DNA of 64,000 bases from a virus (Duplodnaviria; Caudoviricetes), in the IMG/VR virus record IMGVR_UViG_3300033066_001396, positions 1 to 64,000 of that record. The stretch is one strand, 5' to 3'. Positions 46,642 to 55,730 of this stretch are shown here, in pieces. The position numbers and the translations under genes are program-made. The notes under the pieces are model-generated. The model was not told the origin of the DNA, ran no database searches, and saw only the letters and a program-made list of their open reading frames with translations. The stretch's first letter is position 1. Each line of letters opens with the position of its first letter.

Positions 46642-47106
46642 ATGATAAGAGTTACAAAAAATCTTTATGTAGGAGACAAGAGCGAATACGCTAATGCTGT
46701 AGAGCATGGCGCCGCGATCGTGTGTGCTATGAATAACGGTGCAGGGAACTCATACCAGTCCAAAGTAGGCAAAAAAACTCCTGACCATCCAGACTACTTG
46801 TACAAGGAGGTGGGTAATGAGATTTACCTTAACATGATTGACGGCAAAGATCCTAAATATGTTCACGATGATATGATCGATGCCGCAGTGCGTTTTATTG
46901 ATCGGAAGATAAAGGATCAGAATGTTTTTATCTATTGCTCCAAGGGAGAGTCCAGGGCTCCCTCGCTGGCCATGATATACATGATGGACAAGGGGTTAAT
47001 CGCCAAAGACCGAACTGGAATAATGGAGTTTCACAGATTGTATCCTGGATATTTGCCAGGTGAGGGAATTAAAAAATATATCACTCATAGATATGGATTG
47101 AAATGA
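46642..47106 (+). CDS. Dual-specificity (CX5R) phosphatase-like protein
   Basis: NLYVG, VFIYCSKGESRAPSLAMIYM. Confidence 0.8.
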   Translation: MIRVTKNLYVGDKSEYANAVEHGAAIVCAMNNGAGNSYQSKVGKKTPDHPDYLYKEVGNEIYLNMIDGKDPKYVHDDMIDAAVRFIDRKIKDQNVFIYCSKGESRAPSLAMIYMMDKGLIAKDRTGIMEFHRLYPGYLPGEGIKKYITHRYGLK

Positions 47107-47336
47107 GCAATACAGTTAAAGAACTATTATACTGGATTGAACAAAATCCGCCGAAGGCAGAAGATTATGACTATACCATGATAGCCGGTGGAAAGTTTAT
47201 AGCAACCTACCAGGACTCGGTTCGAAGAAATAGTGGCATGTCAGATGACTTAGTTAAAGCACTAAGAGAGGCGGAAGGAATACCCGAAGGTGCCTATCAA
47301 TTCAAGTTGGTGGACATAATGAAAATAAGAAAATGA
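47103..47336 (+). CDS. Hypothetical protein
   Basis: ATGA coupling. Confidence 0.6.
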   Translation: MSNTVKELLYWIEQNPPKAEDYDYTMIAGGKFIATYQDSVRRNSGMSDDLVKALREAEGIPEGAYQFKLVDIMKIRK

Positions 47337-47800
47337 CCCAACCCGAACTAATACGATCGAAGTATTCAGAAACAGGCCAGCGCCTAATGCTGTGTGATTT
47401 TTGGGATACCAGCAGGACGAACATTTTGTTCATTGACCTTGTTCCTCCTAACGAAGAAAGAGAAAAGTACTTTACGGACATTGCTAAGTCACATAAGTTT
47501 GGGGGAATATACCTATGCAGTGTTTTCCCCTGTATGATTGATAGTCCCTCAGACGATCAGCTTATAGCCTCCGGCAGCGCAGAAAACGACATGACCATTA
47601 TGCAGAGTTCTCTTAAATGCAGTACTGTGGTATTTGCCTGGGATAGCACATTGCCACAGACTACGGGACGAGACCTTGAGCTTTTTAAAATTATAAAATA
47701 CGCCCCGACAATGTATCATTCGAAAATAAAGATACTTAAGCGGCAAACAGATTTATTGTCTCGTGGGCCATTGTTATTACCTTATCCAGAAAATAAATAA
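47333..47800 (+). CDS. DUF1643-like protein
   Basis: R..L...WD....ILFI.L.P, FGGIY..SVFP, END, VVFAW. Confidence 0.55.
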   Translation: MTQPELIRSKYSETGQRLMLCDFWDTSRTNILFIDLVPPNEEREKYFTDIAKSHKFGGIYLCSVFPCMIDSPSDDQLIASGSAENDMTIMQSSLKCSTVVFAWDSTLPQTTGRDLELFKIIKYAPTMYHSKIKILKRQTDLLSRGPLLLPYPENK

Positions 47801-47822
47801 TCAAACTAAAAACGATACAATT

Positions 47823-48254
47823 ATGTGGAAAAAAATAAACATAAATAAATTACCTGATGGGGTGGTTATTGCCAGACGAGGATCGCTAGCTCGTAGTGGA
47901 TATTTAAAAACAGTTCCTGATGGAATGATTTTGCTAGTATCTGAATACGGCAGAGAGGTTCTTATTGAATGGCCGGAATGGTATATAAAGATATTTGATT
48001 TGCTAGAATTGCCTTTTGAGGCATCTGCAAAAGATATCTTGACCAAGGAAATTGCCAACAGCGCCTCCGGATTTAATGGAGTTATAGTCCACCCTAAGCT
48101 AGCAGACCGGCTTATTGAAGAAGGGGCTATTGTATCAAATGTATCGCCTGTTAATGGTTATTTGTTTCCTATAGAAACCCGGACTGGATTGGTACACCAC
48201 AAAATCTATGTATCTTCAGACAACATGGAGCCAGAGCAGGTTATTGTTTTTTAA
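47823..48254 (+). CDS. Hypothetical protein
   Basis: Likely start MWKKIN at 47823. Confidence 0.6.
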   Translation: MWKKININKLPDGVVIARRGSLARSGYLKTVPDGMILLVSEYGREVLIEWPEWYIKIFDLLELPFEASAKDILTKEIANSASGFNGVIVHPKLADRLIEEGAIVSNVSPVNGYLFPIETRTGLVHHKIYVSSDNMEPEQVIVF

Positions 48255-48274
48255 TTTATAAATTATACTCAAAG

Positions 48275-48610
48275 ATGAACTGTTTAGCATATGCGTTAAG
48301 GTTTTGGAGCGAGAACCCCAATTATAAATTGTGGTATAATAGCAATCATGTTATCAACATTCCAATTGGGCTCGATGCTACTTTTACTCATAATTCAGAA
48401 TATCCTTACGCTATAGCCTACTCGCCAGCTGAGCAATGGGGATACAATTACTTTGCCAGCGCCTTCAAGGGGTTGTTGGATAAAGACGAAATGGAGTTGT
48501 TAAAGAAATATTTTAAGAAAAAAGACCCTATTGAAATAGTCGCAGAGGCCATTATGGCTAGCGATGGAGACTGCCTATTAGAACCCTATCCATTTTTGTC
48601 AGCAAGGTAA
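48275..48610 (+). CDS. Hypothetical protein
   Basis: MNCLAYALRFW..; co-oriented. Confidence 0.6.
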   Translation: MNCLAYALRFWSENPNYKLWYNSNHVINIPIGLDATFTHNSEYPYAIAYSPAEQWGYNYFASAFKGLLDKDEMELLKKYFKKKDPIEIVAEAIMASDGDCLLEPYPFLSAR

Positions 48611-48673
48611 GCATGGAAGAGGATCGGATTATTGTTTTCACTATTCCTAAAATCAAATAAAATTTAAAACTAT

Positions 48674-48946
48674 ATGAATAATTTAGATTTGCAAAAGGAA
48701 TTAAGCTTTGAAGAAGTACAGCGCTTCTTTTCTAAATGTAGCGAATATGAAGTGTCGAAAAATGACGACAATACAATTAAGTTAAACCTTAAATTCTTAA
48801 AGTCAGTTACTTATAATCCAACGACTAAAGAGCATACTCATGAATATCACAATATTGACACATTGTTATATAGACCAACATTGCAAACATTGATAAGAGA
48901 CATAAATGGTCTTGGATATCGTAGCCATGCCATCAAACCTAAATAA
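48674..48946 (+). CDS. Hypothetical protein
   Basis: A-rich leader. Confidence 0.6.
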   Translation: MNNLDLQKELSFEEVQRFFSKCSEYEVSKNDDNTIKLNLKFLKSVTYNPTTKEHTHEYHNIDTLLYRPTLQTLIRDINGLGYRSHAIKPK

Positions 48947-48981
48947 CAATCATTCACTCACATCAAAAATCAAACAAAATC

Positions 48982-49410
48982 ATGTCAAAAAACTTTTTAC
49001 CAGACTATTCGGATGCAGATCGGTTGCAGATACTAAAAGAAACGTCCGATCACATTGAAGAAACTACCTATTATCGTGATTTATCTGAACACGACATTGA
49101 TGTCAAGAACGAGTCCTTTGTGGCCAATTGTATTGAGATATCAAAGCACGACGCAGAACTCAGCAAAGCAAAGCTGGTCCACAAAACAAATACCAAACCA
49201 TTAGCAGCCATTAACGCAGTGCTGTTAGAGGAGATCAGCACCAGGAAAGAAATGGCTAAAGGGCTATTGTTCGGCATTGCCGACCATGAACTGGGCGTAA
49301 TGAATACTTTTGACGAAAAAGGAGAGTTTATTTCATCCCGTAGACTTCGTCCTGACGAAAGACAGACCAGGATGGTTGTTCATCCAGGATTGAAAGCCGT
49401 TAACGATTAA
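48982..49410 (+). CDS. Conserved Bacteroidota-phage protein
   Basis: RLQILKE..D.IEE..Y, SRRLRPDERQ; typically paired with the next gene. Confidence 0.65.
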   Translation: MSKNFLPDYSDADRLQILKETSDHIEETTYYRDLSEHDIDVKNESFVANCIEISKHDAELSKAKLVHKTNTKPLAAINAVLLEEISTRKEMAKGLLFGIADHELGVMNTFDEKGEFISSRRLRPDERQTRMVVHPGLKAVND

Positions 49411-49438
49411 TTTTATTTCACTAATTAAATAATAGTTT

Positions 49439-50152
49439 ATGCCAGAGCAAGTATTTCATATCAATGACGAGACCAGGCACCTCATTATCACCAACCGCAA
49501 AGGGTTAGATGAGGAAACTCCATATTCGTTTCACCAGATCGGTAGGATTGACAGCGTTTCGAGATTTATTAATTGGAGCCCGGAAAAAATTTCAGGAAAG
49601 CAGGCGCCTACTATTAACTCAATTATAGAGGTCTATCCAGATAAGGGATCAATAATTCTAATCATAGACCCTAACGATCGTTATGGGAACAAGGTTACCG
49701 GATCATTGGAATCGGCTCCCGATCTGGATCAATTTAAGATCAACACCAACAAGAAGTATGATAGAAACGATTTACTAAAACTTATTCGATTCAACTCATA
49801 TCGTATAGATAACGCAAAACGGCTTATCGAGGAACTGCAAAAACTCAATATCAGTGCCAGTATTCAGTCTAAAAACCAAAAAGACCAAAGGGGTAATGTA
49901 GATAAACTTTTTTCTAAGAACATAGTTTCTGAGATACCAGAGTCGTTTGTAATTACTATGCCGGTTTTTAAATCGATGCCGGCAGAAAAGTTCCGGGTAG
50001 ACATCGTCATGGAGGCTACGGATTCGTCTGTGGAGTTCTGGCTTGAGTCGGTAGAGCTACACCAGTTGATTGAAACGCGCAGGGCCGAAATCCTGGACGA
50101 AGAAGTTAAAAAAATTGAGGAAAGTGGATTCCTCGTCATCTATAAAAACTAA
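49439..50152 (+). CDS. DUF2303-like conserved phage protein
   Basis: G.IDSV..F, VTGSL, DQRGN, IPESF..TMPVFK. Confidence 0.55.
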   Translation: MPEQVFHINDETRHLIITNRKGLDEETPYSFHQIGRIDSVSRFINWSPEKISGKQAPTINSIIEVYPDKGSIILIIDPNDRYGNKVTGSLESAPDLDQFKINTNKKYDRNDLLKLIRFNSYRIDNAKRLIEELQKLNISASIQSKNQKDQRGNVDKLFSKNIVSEIPESFVITMPVFKSMPAEKFRVDIVMEATDSSVEFWLESVELHQLIETRRAEILDEEVKKIEESGFLVIYKN

Positions 50153-50156
50153 TAAA

Positions 50157-50330
50157 ATGGAAGTTGCAGTAAATAAAAAGTATTTAGCAGAACTCCCAAG
50201 TATTGGGATTGTGGAGGTGGTTATTATCCAAAAAACCAAAAGTGGCATGTTTATTTTCATAGATGGCCGTGGCGTATCTAAGTGGATAAGGACTGCTGAT
50301 TTTATAGCTATGATCCTAGAAGAAATTTAA
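50157..50330 (+). CDS. Hypothetical protein
   Basis: Likely start MEVAVNKK at 50157. Confidence 0.55.
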   Translation: MEVAVNKKYLAELPSIGIVEVVIIQKTKSGMFIFIDGRGVSKWIRTADFIAMILEEI

Positions 50331-50341
50331 AGCTAACAAAA

Positions 50342-50413
50342 GTGAACGTAGCTCAGCGGTAGAGCAGTGGACTCTAAATCCACCGGTCATGGGTTCAACT
50401 CCCATCGTTCGCT
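50342..50413 (+). tRNA. Amber-suppressor tRNA, anticodon CTA (reads UAG); amino-acid identity uncertain
   Basis: Full cloverleaf: GTGAACG/CGTTCGC, D-arm GCTC-AGCGGTA-GAGC, anticodon arm GTGGA-CTCTAAA-TCCAC (CTA at 50374-50376), T-arm ATGGG-TTCAACT-CCCAT, U73, no encoded CCA. Confidence 0.9.
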
Positions 50414-50426
50414 CAAAATATCAGCC

Positions 50427-50594
50427 ATGAAAGAGAAGCTTGAGAAGATCAATGAGGCTATAAAGACCTTAAAGGCGGTGAAGCGGGAGATTAAGCTGTC
50501 TAAGCTTTATGCGGACGATGTTAAGATCAGCATAGCTCACGAGGACAGCAGTATAACGATAAAGATCAAAGAGGGATGGGTTCAATCGGTGTAA
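50427..50594 (+). CDS. Hypothetical protein
   Basis: Start MKEKLEK after the tRNA; the track start at 50367 lies inside the tRNA. Confidence 0.55.
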   Translation: MKEKLEKINEAIKTLKAVKREIKLSKLYADDVKISIAHEDSSITIKIKEGWVQSV

Positions 50595-50681
50595 AAATTT
50601 AATTTATGGATAGGAAAAAGTACGAAGAGGATTTAAAGCGTAGGCAGGAAGAGCATTTATGACAAATCCGGAGAATAAGAT

Positions 50682-51413
50682 ATGAAGTCAAGTTCTTTGG
50701 TATATAATACTGACTGCATGGTGGGTATGCCTCAATATCCCGATCACTATTTTGATCTGGCCATATGTGATATTCCCTATGGCATTGGAGTAGGTAAGAT
50801 GGCATATTTATCAGAATTAAAGAACAGGGTAAGGCAAAAAAACGGAAGTAGGTTAAATGCCAATGCCAATAAAAAAGCCTACACAAAAAAAGAGTGGGAC
50901 ACAAACGTTCCTGGTCAGGATTATTTCAATGAACTTACTAGGATATCTAAGCATCAGATAATATTTGGAATTGAATATGTAACCTGGGATGGCGTGGGGT
51001 CCGGCAGGATTAAATGGAACAAAGGCACCCCCGATGGTGTAAGCTTCAAGAAGTATGAAGTGGCGTATTGCTCAATCATTGACCATGAAGTTGAGATCCA
51101 TTTGCTGTGGGCGGGAATGAATCAGGCCAAAAGTCTTTCCGAGCCAATGGTTCAGCAAGGGAATAAAAAGCTAAATGAAAAGCGAATTCATCCTACACAC
51201 AAACCAATATTACTATACCAAAGACTTATAGCCGACTACGGTTTTCCTGGGTGCCGGATAATTGACACGCATGTAGGAGGAGGCAGTAGCAGGATAGCGG
51301 CTGACATGACCGGGTGTGAATATGTGGGGTTTGAAATAGATCAGGAGTACTTCGAAAATCAGGAGAAAAGGTTTCGTGTCTATAAAAATCAACTAAATTT
51401 GTTTCGATCATGA
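50682..51413 (+). CDS. DNA methyltransferase (N4-C/N6-A, beta class)
   Basis: DLAICDIPYG, HPTHKP, IIDTHVGGGSS, GFEID. Confidence 0.88.
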   Translation: MKSSSLVYNTDCMVGMPQYPDHYFDLAICDIPYGIGVGKMAYLSELKNRVRQKNGSRLNANANKKAYTKKEWDTNVPGQDYFNELTRISKHQIIFGIEYVTWDGVGSGRIKWNKGTPDGVSFKKYEVAYCSIIDHEVEIHLLWAGMNQAKSLSEPMVQQGNKKLNEKRIHPTHKPILLYQRLIADYGFPGCRIIDTHVGGGSSRIAADMTGCEYVGFEIDQEYFENQEKRFRVYKNQLNLFRS

Positions 51414-51583
51414 GTCCAAAATCATACATATTTAAGAAAACCGGAGGCAAAAACATCAAAAAGAGAGAGCCTAAGTGGTTAAAGGAATACGCCAAGTCCG
51501 TCCAAAATTTAATGGATAAAATAGGATACTGTTTTACTGATGACAATGTACTTCTCCAATATTTTAGAAACAATAAACAATAA
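51410..51583 (+). CDS. Hypothetical 57-aa protein (not in track)
   Basis: ATGA coupling with the MTase; MSPKSYIFKK...NNKQ. Confidence 0.5.
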   Translation: MSPKSYIFKKTGGKNIKKREPKWLKEYAKSVQNLMDKIGYCFTDDNVLLQYFRNNKQ

Positions 51584-51586
51584 ACA

Positions 51587-52381
51587 ATGAAAACAATAAC
51601 ATTAGGACAGCTAAAACAATTACATGCCGCAGGTGAACTGGGTTCTTTTAATAGCAGAATTGATTTTGTATTAATAGATAACAGAAAAAACAGCGACGAT
51701 ACAGAAATAAACTTTGAAATAGATATGTTATGGTTAAAGACCGACAAACAAAGAGATCTGTTAACCCAATGGGGCTTTATAGAACCAAAATTTAAAGAGG
51801 GTGATTATATTATTCATCCAGAAGTTGGTTTTTGTAAAATAAGGACTATAATTGGGAATGCTATTGAATATGTTTATGAAGGAAGTACTTTGGTTTGTTC
51901 TATGCATATCGAGTCAGGTAATTGCAAAAACTCCCGACTTGCGACTCCGGAAGAAATAGAGGCCAATACCTTAATCAAATTAGAAGTAGGTAGTTATATT
52001 GTTGATCATTTTGGAAAAACAAACCAAATAGTATCAGTTGATTCAAGGGGATATGTTGAAGTTAAAAGAAAAGAAGGGTGGAATACGGCATTTTGGATTG
52101 GTAGTGACTTTCACAAAAAAGCAAAACTTGCAACCCCAGAACAAATAAAAGCATTCAATACCGTCTGGAATGAAGGTATTGAAGAAGCCCGTAAGTACAA
52201 GGATGGGCAACCGTGCTTGGTTAATTGCCTTAATAATCCCGGTGGTTGGTTTCTCAGATATGCAGACGGCAATGGTTTTTTTTATGATGCTTGTAAAAAA
52301 AGCGGGAAAACAATTATTACCTGGGATCGCCACATGCCACTAAACGAGACAACAATTAAAAATTTACCTGTAAATGAGTAA
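51587..52381 (+). CDS. Hypothetical protein with duplicated small beta domain
   Basis: FKEGDYI...RLATPEEI and LEVGSYI...KLATPEQI. Confidence 0.7.
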   Translation: MKTITLGQLKQLHAAGELGSFNSRIDFVLIDNRKNSDDTEINFEIDMLWLKTDKQRDLLTQWGFIEPKFKEGDYIIHPEVGFCKIRTIIGNAIEYVYEGSTLVCSMHIESGNCKNSRLATPEEIEANTLIKLEVGSYIVDHFGKTNQIVSVDSRGYVEVKRKEGWNTAFWIGSDFHKKAKLATPEQIKAFNTVWNEGIEEARKYKDGQPCLVNCLNNPGGWFLRYADGNGFFYDACKKSGKTIITWDRHMPLNETTIKNLPVNE

Positions 52382-52384
52382 TAT

Positions 52385-52555
52385 ATGAAAAAACAAGATT
52401 TTACATTTGATGAATGGTTTGACATCGTTTTGGGCAAAATAGAGAAAGGCGGATGGAATGGAGCGGTCAATAAAGATTCTTTTGATCTTGAATACTTAGA
52501 AGGCATGTCGCCAGAACAAGCTGCAAAGGAGTTTTTGGAAATACACCAAGGCTAA
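52385..52555 (+). CDS. Hypothetical 56-aa protein (not in track)
   Basis: MKKQDFTFDEWF...YLEGMSPEQAAKEF. Confidence 0.6.
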   Translation: MKKQDFTFDEWFDIVLGKIEKGGWNGAVNKDSFDLEYLEGMSPEQAAKEFLEIHQG

Positions 52556-52567
52556 TTTTTTAAAGTT

Positions 52568-52783
52568 ATGAGTAGCATAGATCCAAGCAGAGAGATTGTT
52601 CCATGGAATCCACCTGAGAAAATGGACCTTGTGACTTATATTACAACTTGCTGCTTCTACGGTGAATTTTACAATCCATTTCAGCCATATACCGTTGATT
52701 ATAGAGATGTATTTGGTATACGTGCCCCAGGTGATGAATTAAAGATGAAGTTATTAAAACTAGGATGGAAAAAAATAAACTAA
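52568..52783 (+). CDS. Hypothetical protein
   Basis: Packed in the operon. Confidence 0.55.
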   Translation: MSSIDPSREIVPWNPPEKMDLVTYITTCCFYGEFYNPFQPYTVDYRDVFGIRAPGDELKMKLLKLGWKKIN

Positions 52784-52787
52784 TCAT

Positions 52788-53252
52788 ATGAAATCAGGAG
52801 TAGAACTTATTGCCGAAGAAAGACTGGAACAGATCTTAAAACACGGCATAACAACTGAAAGAGATGTTGAAGAAAATTGTGATTATCAGTTACGTATTGG
52901 AGCAATGCGATTAATTGGTGATCGAGATGATTATCCTGCCCCTAATGGATGGAATAAGGCTCTGTGGGCTAAGATGATATCTAAACCACACAAAGATCGA
53001 TTGATAATTGCCGGTGCTTTGATAGCTGCTGAAATTGACCGGATTCAGGAAGCGGAGAAAGACAAAAATGTCGAACCCAAATCAAAAACCTACCAAGAGA
53101 TGCAAATGCTCTTAACCCTTTATAGCATAGATCACAAGGTAATAGACCTTACTGAGGACGGTAATGGTTATGGTAAGGTGATCTGCATTAAAAACGAAGA
53201 CCTGAAAAAGCTTGAATATTTAAAACAAATCTCAAACGAATTAAACCAATGA
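52788..53252 (+). CDS. Conserved phage hypothetical protein
   Basis: GVELIAEER..Q..KHG.T.E.D; LIIAGALIAAEIDR. Confidence 0.7.
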   Translation: MKSGVELIAEERLEQILKHGITTERDVEENCDYQLRIGAMRLIGDRDDYPAPNGWNKALWAKMISKPHKDRLIIAGALIAAEIDRIQEAEKDKNVEPKSKTYQEMQMLLTLYSIDHKVIDLTEDGNGYGKVICIKNEDLKKLEYLKQISNELNQ

Positions 53253-53611
53253 ACAGAAGTACTTTTTTAAAAACGCTCTTTGGGCTGACCCTGGCTCCCT
53301 TCGTCCCGGTCCACAAAAAACCAACCACATACAAATTTATGAGCCCAGACGTACTTCTCGGAGGCACCAGCTGGATACAAGAAAACTGTCACCGCTCCTA
53401 TTCTATATCCCGGGATCCGGTAAATTCCTTTGAGTATGTGGATCGAAGCTTTACTGGTAACTCCATCTATCATCCTGGCACAGGATTCTTTGAGTACGCG
53501 GATACGCAAAATATGTACCTTTTTGACTCACAAAAACTTACCATGGGAAAATTGTCAAAAATGTTTGTTGAATTAGAAAAAACAAAAAAGTATCTTAGCA
53601 CCATGAAATAG
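53249..53611 (+). CDS. Hypothetical protein with degenerate Tat-like N-terminus; ends at the TAG inside the Pth2-like frame
   Basis: MNRSTFLKTLFGL...; in frame with 53603..53947. Confidence 0.6.
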   Translation: MNRSTFLKTLFGLTLAPFVPVHKKPTTYKFMSPDVLLGGTSWIQENCHRSYSISRDPVNSFEYVDRSFTGNSIYHPGTGFFEYADTQNMYLFDSQKLTMGKLSKMFVELEKTKKYLSTMK

Positions 53612-53947
53612 ATTAAATTAATCACCGTCGTCCGGAATGATCTTGTCCCAGGATCGCAGCTTGTTCAGTCAATGCACGCAGCCATGGACTTCGCCCACAA
53701 CTATTCACACTTACCTTCATATATTGCCTGGCGCGACAGCCTTTATATCGTAAGTCTGTCAACATCTCAGAAATCACTATTCGCTCTATGCGACAAGCTT
53801 GACAGCCTGCAGATCATTTACCAGCCATTTACCGAGCCCGACATGGGCAACGAACTGACGGCAATATGTATCGAGCCTACTGATGCGGCACTGAAGGCAG
53901 TATCTCATTTACCACTAGCATTAAACAATTTAAATCAAATATTATGA
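53603..53947 (+). CDS. Pth2-like (peptidyl-tRNA hydrolase II fold) protein with in-frame amber at codon 3
   Basis: ATG AAA TAG then IKLITVVRNDLVPGSQLVQSMHAA...YIVSL...FTEPDMGNELTAICIEP...VSHLPL; the family N-terminal motif lies upstream of the track start 53672. Confidence 0.8.
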
Positions 53948-54210
53948 AAGGATGTAAATCATTGACACCAGAACAACTAGCGGCACTAAACGAAAGAGAG
54001 GAGCAGCGTTACAATTCAAGAACTTCTGCCCACCTATTCCAGAAAGAAAAAAGTTTATTTAAGCTTATTCCTTTTGACGAAAGTCATTACATAGCGGTAA
54101 GGCTTAATGAAGACTTTTCGCTGATCAGTGCAAGGCCGGAGAGCAGCGACCTTTTATTTCACGGCCCCAAATCACGTGCCATCAAGCACACCAAATTTCA
54201 CCGGCGCTAA
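53944..54210 (+). CDS. Hypothetical protein
   Basis: ATGA coupling to the Pth2-like gene. Confidence 0.55.
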   Translation: MKGCKSLTPEQLAALNEREEQRYNSRTSAHLFQKEKSLFKLIPFDESHYIAVRLNEDFSLISARPESSDLLFHGPKSRAIKHTKFHRR

Positions 54211-54344
54211 AACCTACTATTGTCGATGTGGGTGGGTAAAATCATTTCCGCTAACGGAAAACGGCTTGCTGATGTCAGCACAAAAGTTTAATAAGTGTAC
54301 TTCTGTTGGTTTAAGCACATCAGCCCTGCTTTTGCCAACATAAT

Positions 54345-54568
54345 GTTGGGCGTAGTTTTTCTTATGGAAATTAAAATTGATAGAAACGAAGAAAGAATGG
54401 AAGTCAAAAAAATTAAGATTTTCACTCAAAATAAAGAGTTCACCATTTACATTGACAAGTTTGGTGAATTGATTGTAAACAAAGAGCAATACGGAAAGGA
54501 AGAAAGCGGCATTGTTGTTAGACCTAAAGTGTCTAATGAAATTGGGTTGTCTTAAAATTACGCCCAAC
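54345..54568 (+). mobile_element. Gene-cassette-like unit 1 bounded by complementary GTT.../...AAC core sites
   Basis: GTTGGGCGTAGTTTT (54345-54359) vs AAAATTACGCCCAAC (54554-54568): 14/15 inverted match. Confidence 0.6.
54364..54555 (+). CDS. Hypothetical 63-aa protein in cassette 1
   Basis: Likely start MEIKIDRNEE at 54364; stop abuts the inverse core site. Confidence 0.6.
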   Translation: MEIKIDRNEERMEVKKIKIFTQNKEFTIYIDKFGELIVNKEQYGKEESGIVVRPKVSNEIGLS

Positions 54569-54691
54569 GTTTCCGCTATGAGTAGTGGCGGTTTTGGAAC
54601 TACTCACTATCAAAATACAATAAATGACAATAGAAAGCACAAACGATAATAACAGCACGAACACCGCCATTACTTATAGCGATTGTTATGC
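54562..54691. repeat. attC-like imperfect hairpin
   Basis: GCCCAAC, then arm CGCTATGAGTAGTGGCGGT (54574-54592), loop, arm ACCGCCATTACTTATAGCG (54663-54681), then GTTATGC. Confidence 0.6.
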
Positions 54692-55730
54692 ACAGGTTTT
54701 TTCTCGTCTTTTTTTAGGGGATTGCCTTATTGAAAGCGATAAAATTGAAAATTATTCAGTTGATATGATTTTAACTGATTTACCTTATGGCACAACTGCT
54801 TGTAGTTGGGATGAGATAATACCATTTGAACCAATGTGGAAAATGTTTTACAGAGTATTGCGACCAAATGGATTTATAGTATTAACTGCTTCGCAACCAT
54901 TTACAAGTAAATTAGTAAGTAGTAATATTGAAAATTTTAGTCATAATTGGGTTTGGAATAAGAAGCGAGGAACTGGACACTTATTAGCTAAAAAGCGACC
55001 AATGATGGCAAGTGAAGATATAGTTGTATTTTCAAATGAATTAAAAAAACACGATAACACTGGAGAAAACCCTGTACGAGAATATTTAGTAAATGAGAAG
55101 AAAAAAAGCGGAATGACGAACAAGGATTTCAATTTGCTATTTTCAAAATACACTAATAAAGAAGGATGTATAAATAGAAGTGTGATTGAACATTATTGGG
55201 GTAAAGCACAATTTACATTTCCAACACAAGAAATTTATGAGAATGTATTGCAACCTACGGGGTATTTTCAACAACCATATTCATATATTTATGAAATAGG
55301 CAAACCATACAGAGAAAATAATAATAAACTACTTGGCGAAAAATACCCAAGAGTTTTTAACCCACAAATGAGAGAAAGAAATAAACCAAGATTATCAAAA
55401 AATAATGGTAATACAGAAGTGTATGGTAATCAAAATAAATTTAATGGTGAAATACTTGAGGAAAGTTATCCGATAAATATAATTGAATTTGATAAAAGTG
55501 GACATTCAAATATGTTGCACCATCCAACACAGAAGCCACTTGAATTATTAGAATACTTAATAAAAACCTATACCGATGAAGGAATGATTGTACTTGATGC
55601 AACAATGGGAAGCGGTAGCACTGGGGTCGCTTGTAAAAACAGTAACCGTTCTTTTATCGGCATAGAAAAAGACGAAGCATATTTCAAAATAGCAGAACAG
55701 CGAATAAATGCACGGACGCTGTTTTCTTAA
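54624..55730 (+). CDS. DNA methyltransferase (N4-C/N6-A, beta class) with internal insertion
   Basis: GDCL, LTDLPYGTTAC.WD, SQPFTS, HPTQKPLELLEYLIKTYT, LDATMGSGSTG, IGIEKD. Confidence 0.92.
   Translation: MTIESTNDNNSTNTAITYSDCYAQVFSRLFLGDCLIESDKIENYSVDMILTDLPYGTTACSWDEIIPFEPMWKMFYRVLRPNGFIVLTASQPFTSKLVSSNIENFSHNWVWNKKRGTGHLLAKKRPMMASEDIVVFSNELKKHDNTGENPVREYLVNEKKKSGMTNKDFNLLFSKYTNKEGCINRSVIEHYWGKAQFTFPTQEIYENVLQPTGYFQQPYSYIYEIGKPYRENNNKLLGEKYPRVFNPQMRERNKPRLSKNNGNTEVYGNQNKFNGEILEESYPINIIEFDKSGHSNMLHHPTQKPLELLEYLIKTYTDEGMIVLDATMGSGSTGVACKNSNRSFIGIEKDEAYFKIAEQRINARTLFS

Noticed and set aside
48982-49410. Acb2 anti-CBASS protein (YRDLS motif)
   Set aside because: Only a 5-residue resemblance; length and C-terminus do not fit Acb2.
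50342-50413. Pyrrolysine tRNA (shares TGGACTCTAAATCC with the tRNA-Pyl anticodon arm)
   Set aside because: It has a canonical D-loop GG, TTC T-loop, 5-bp anticodon stem, 5-nt variable loop and U73, unlike tRNA-Pyl; no pyl genes in the window.
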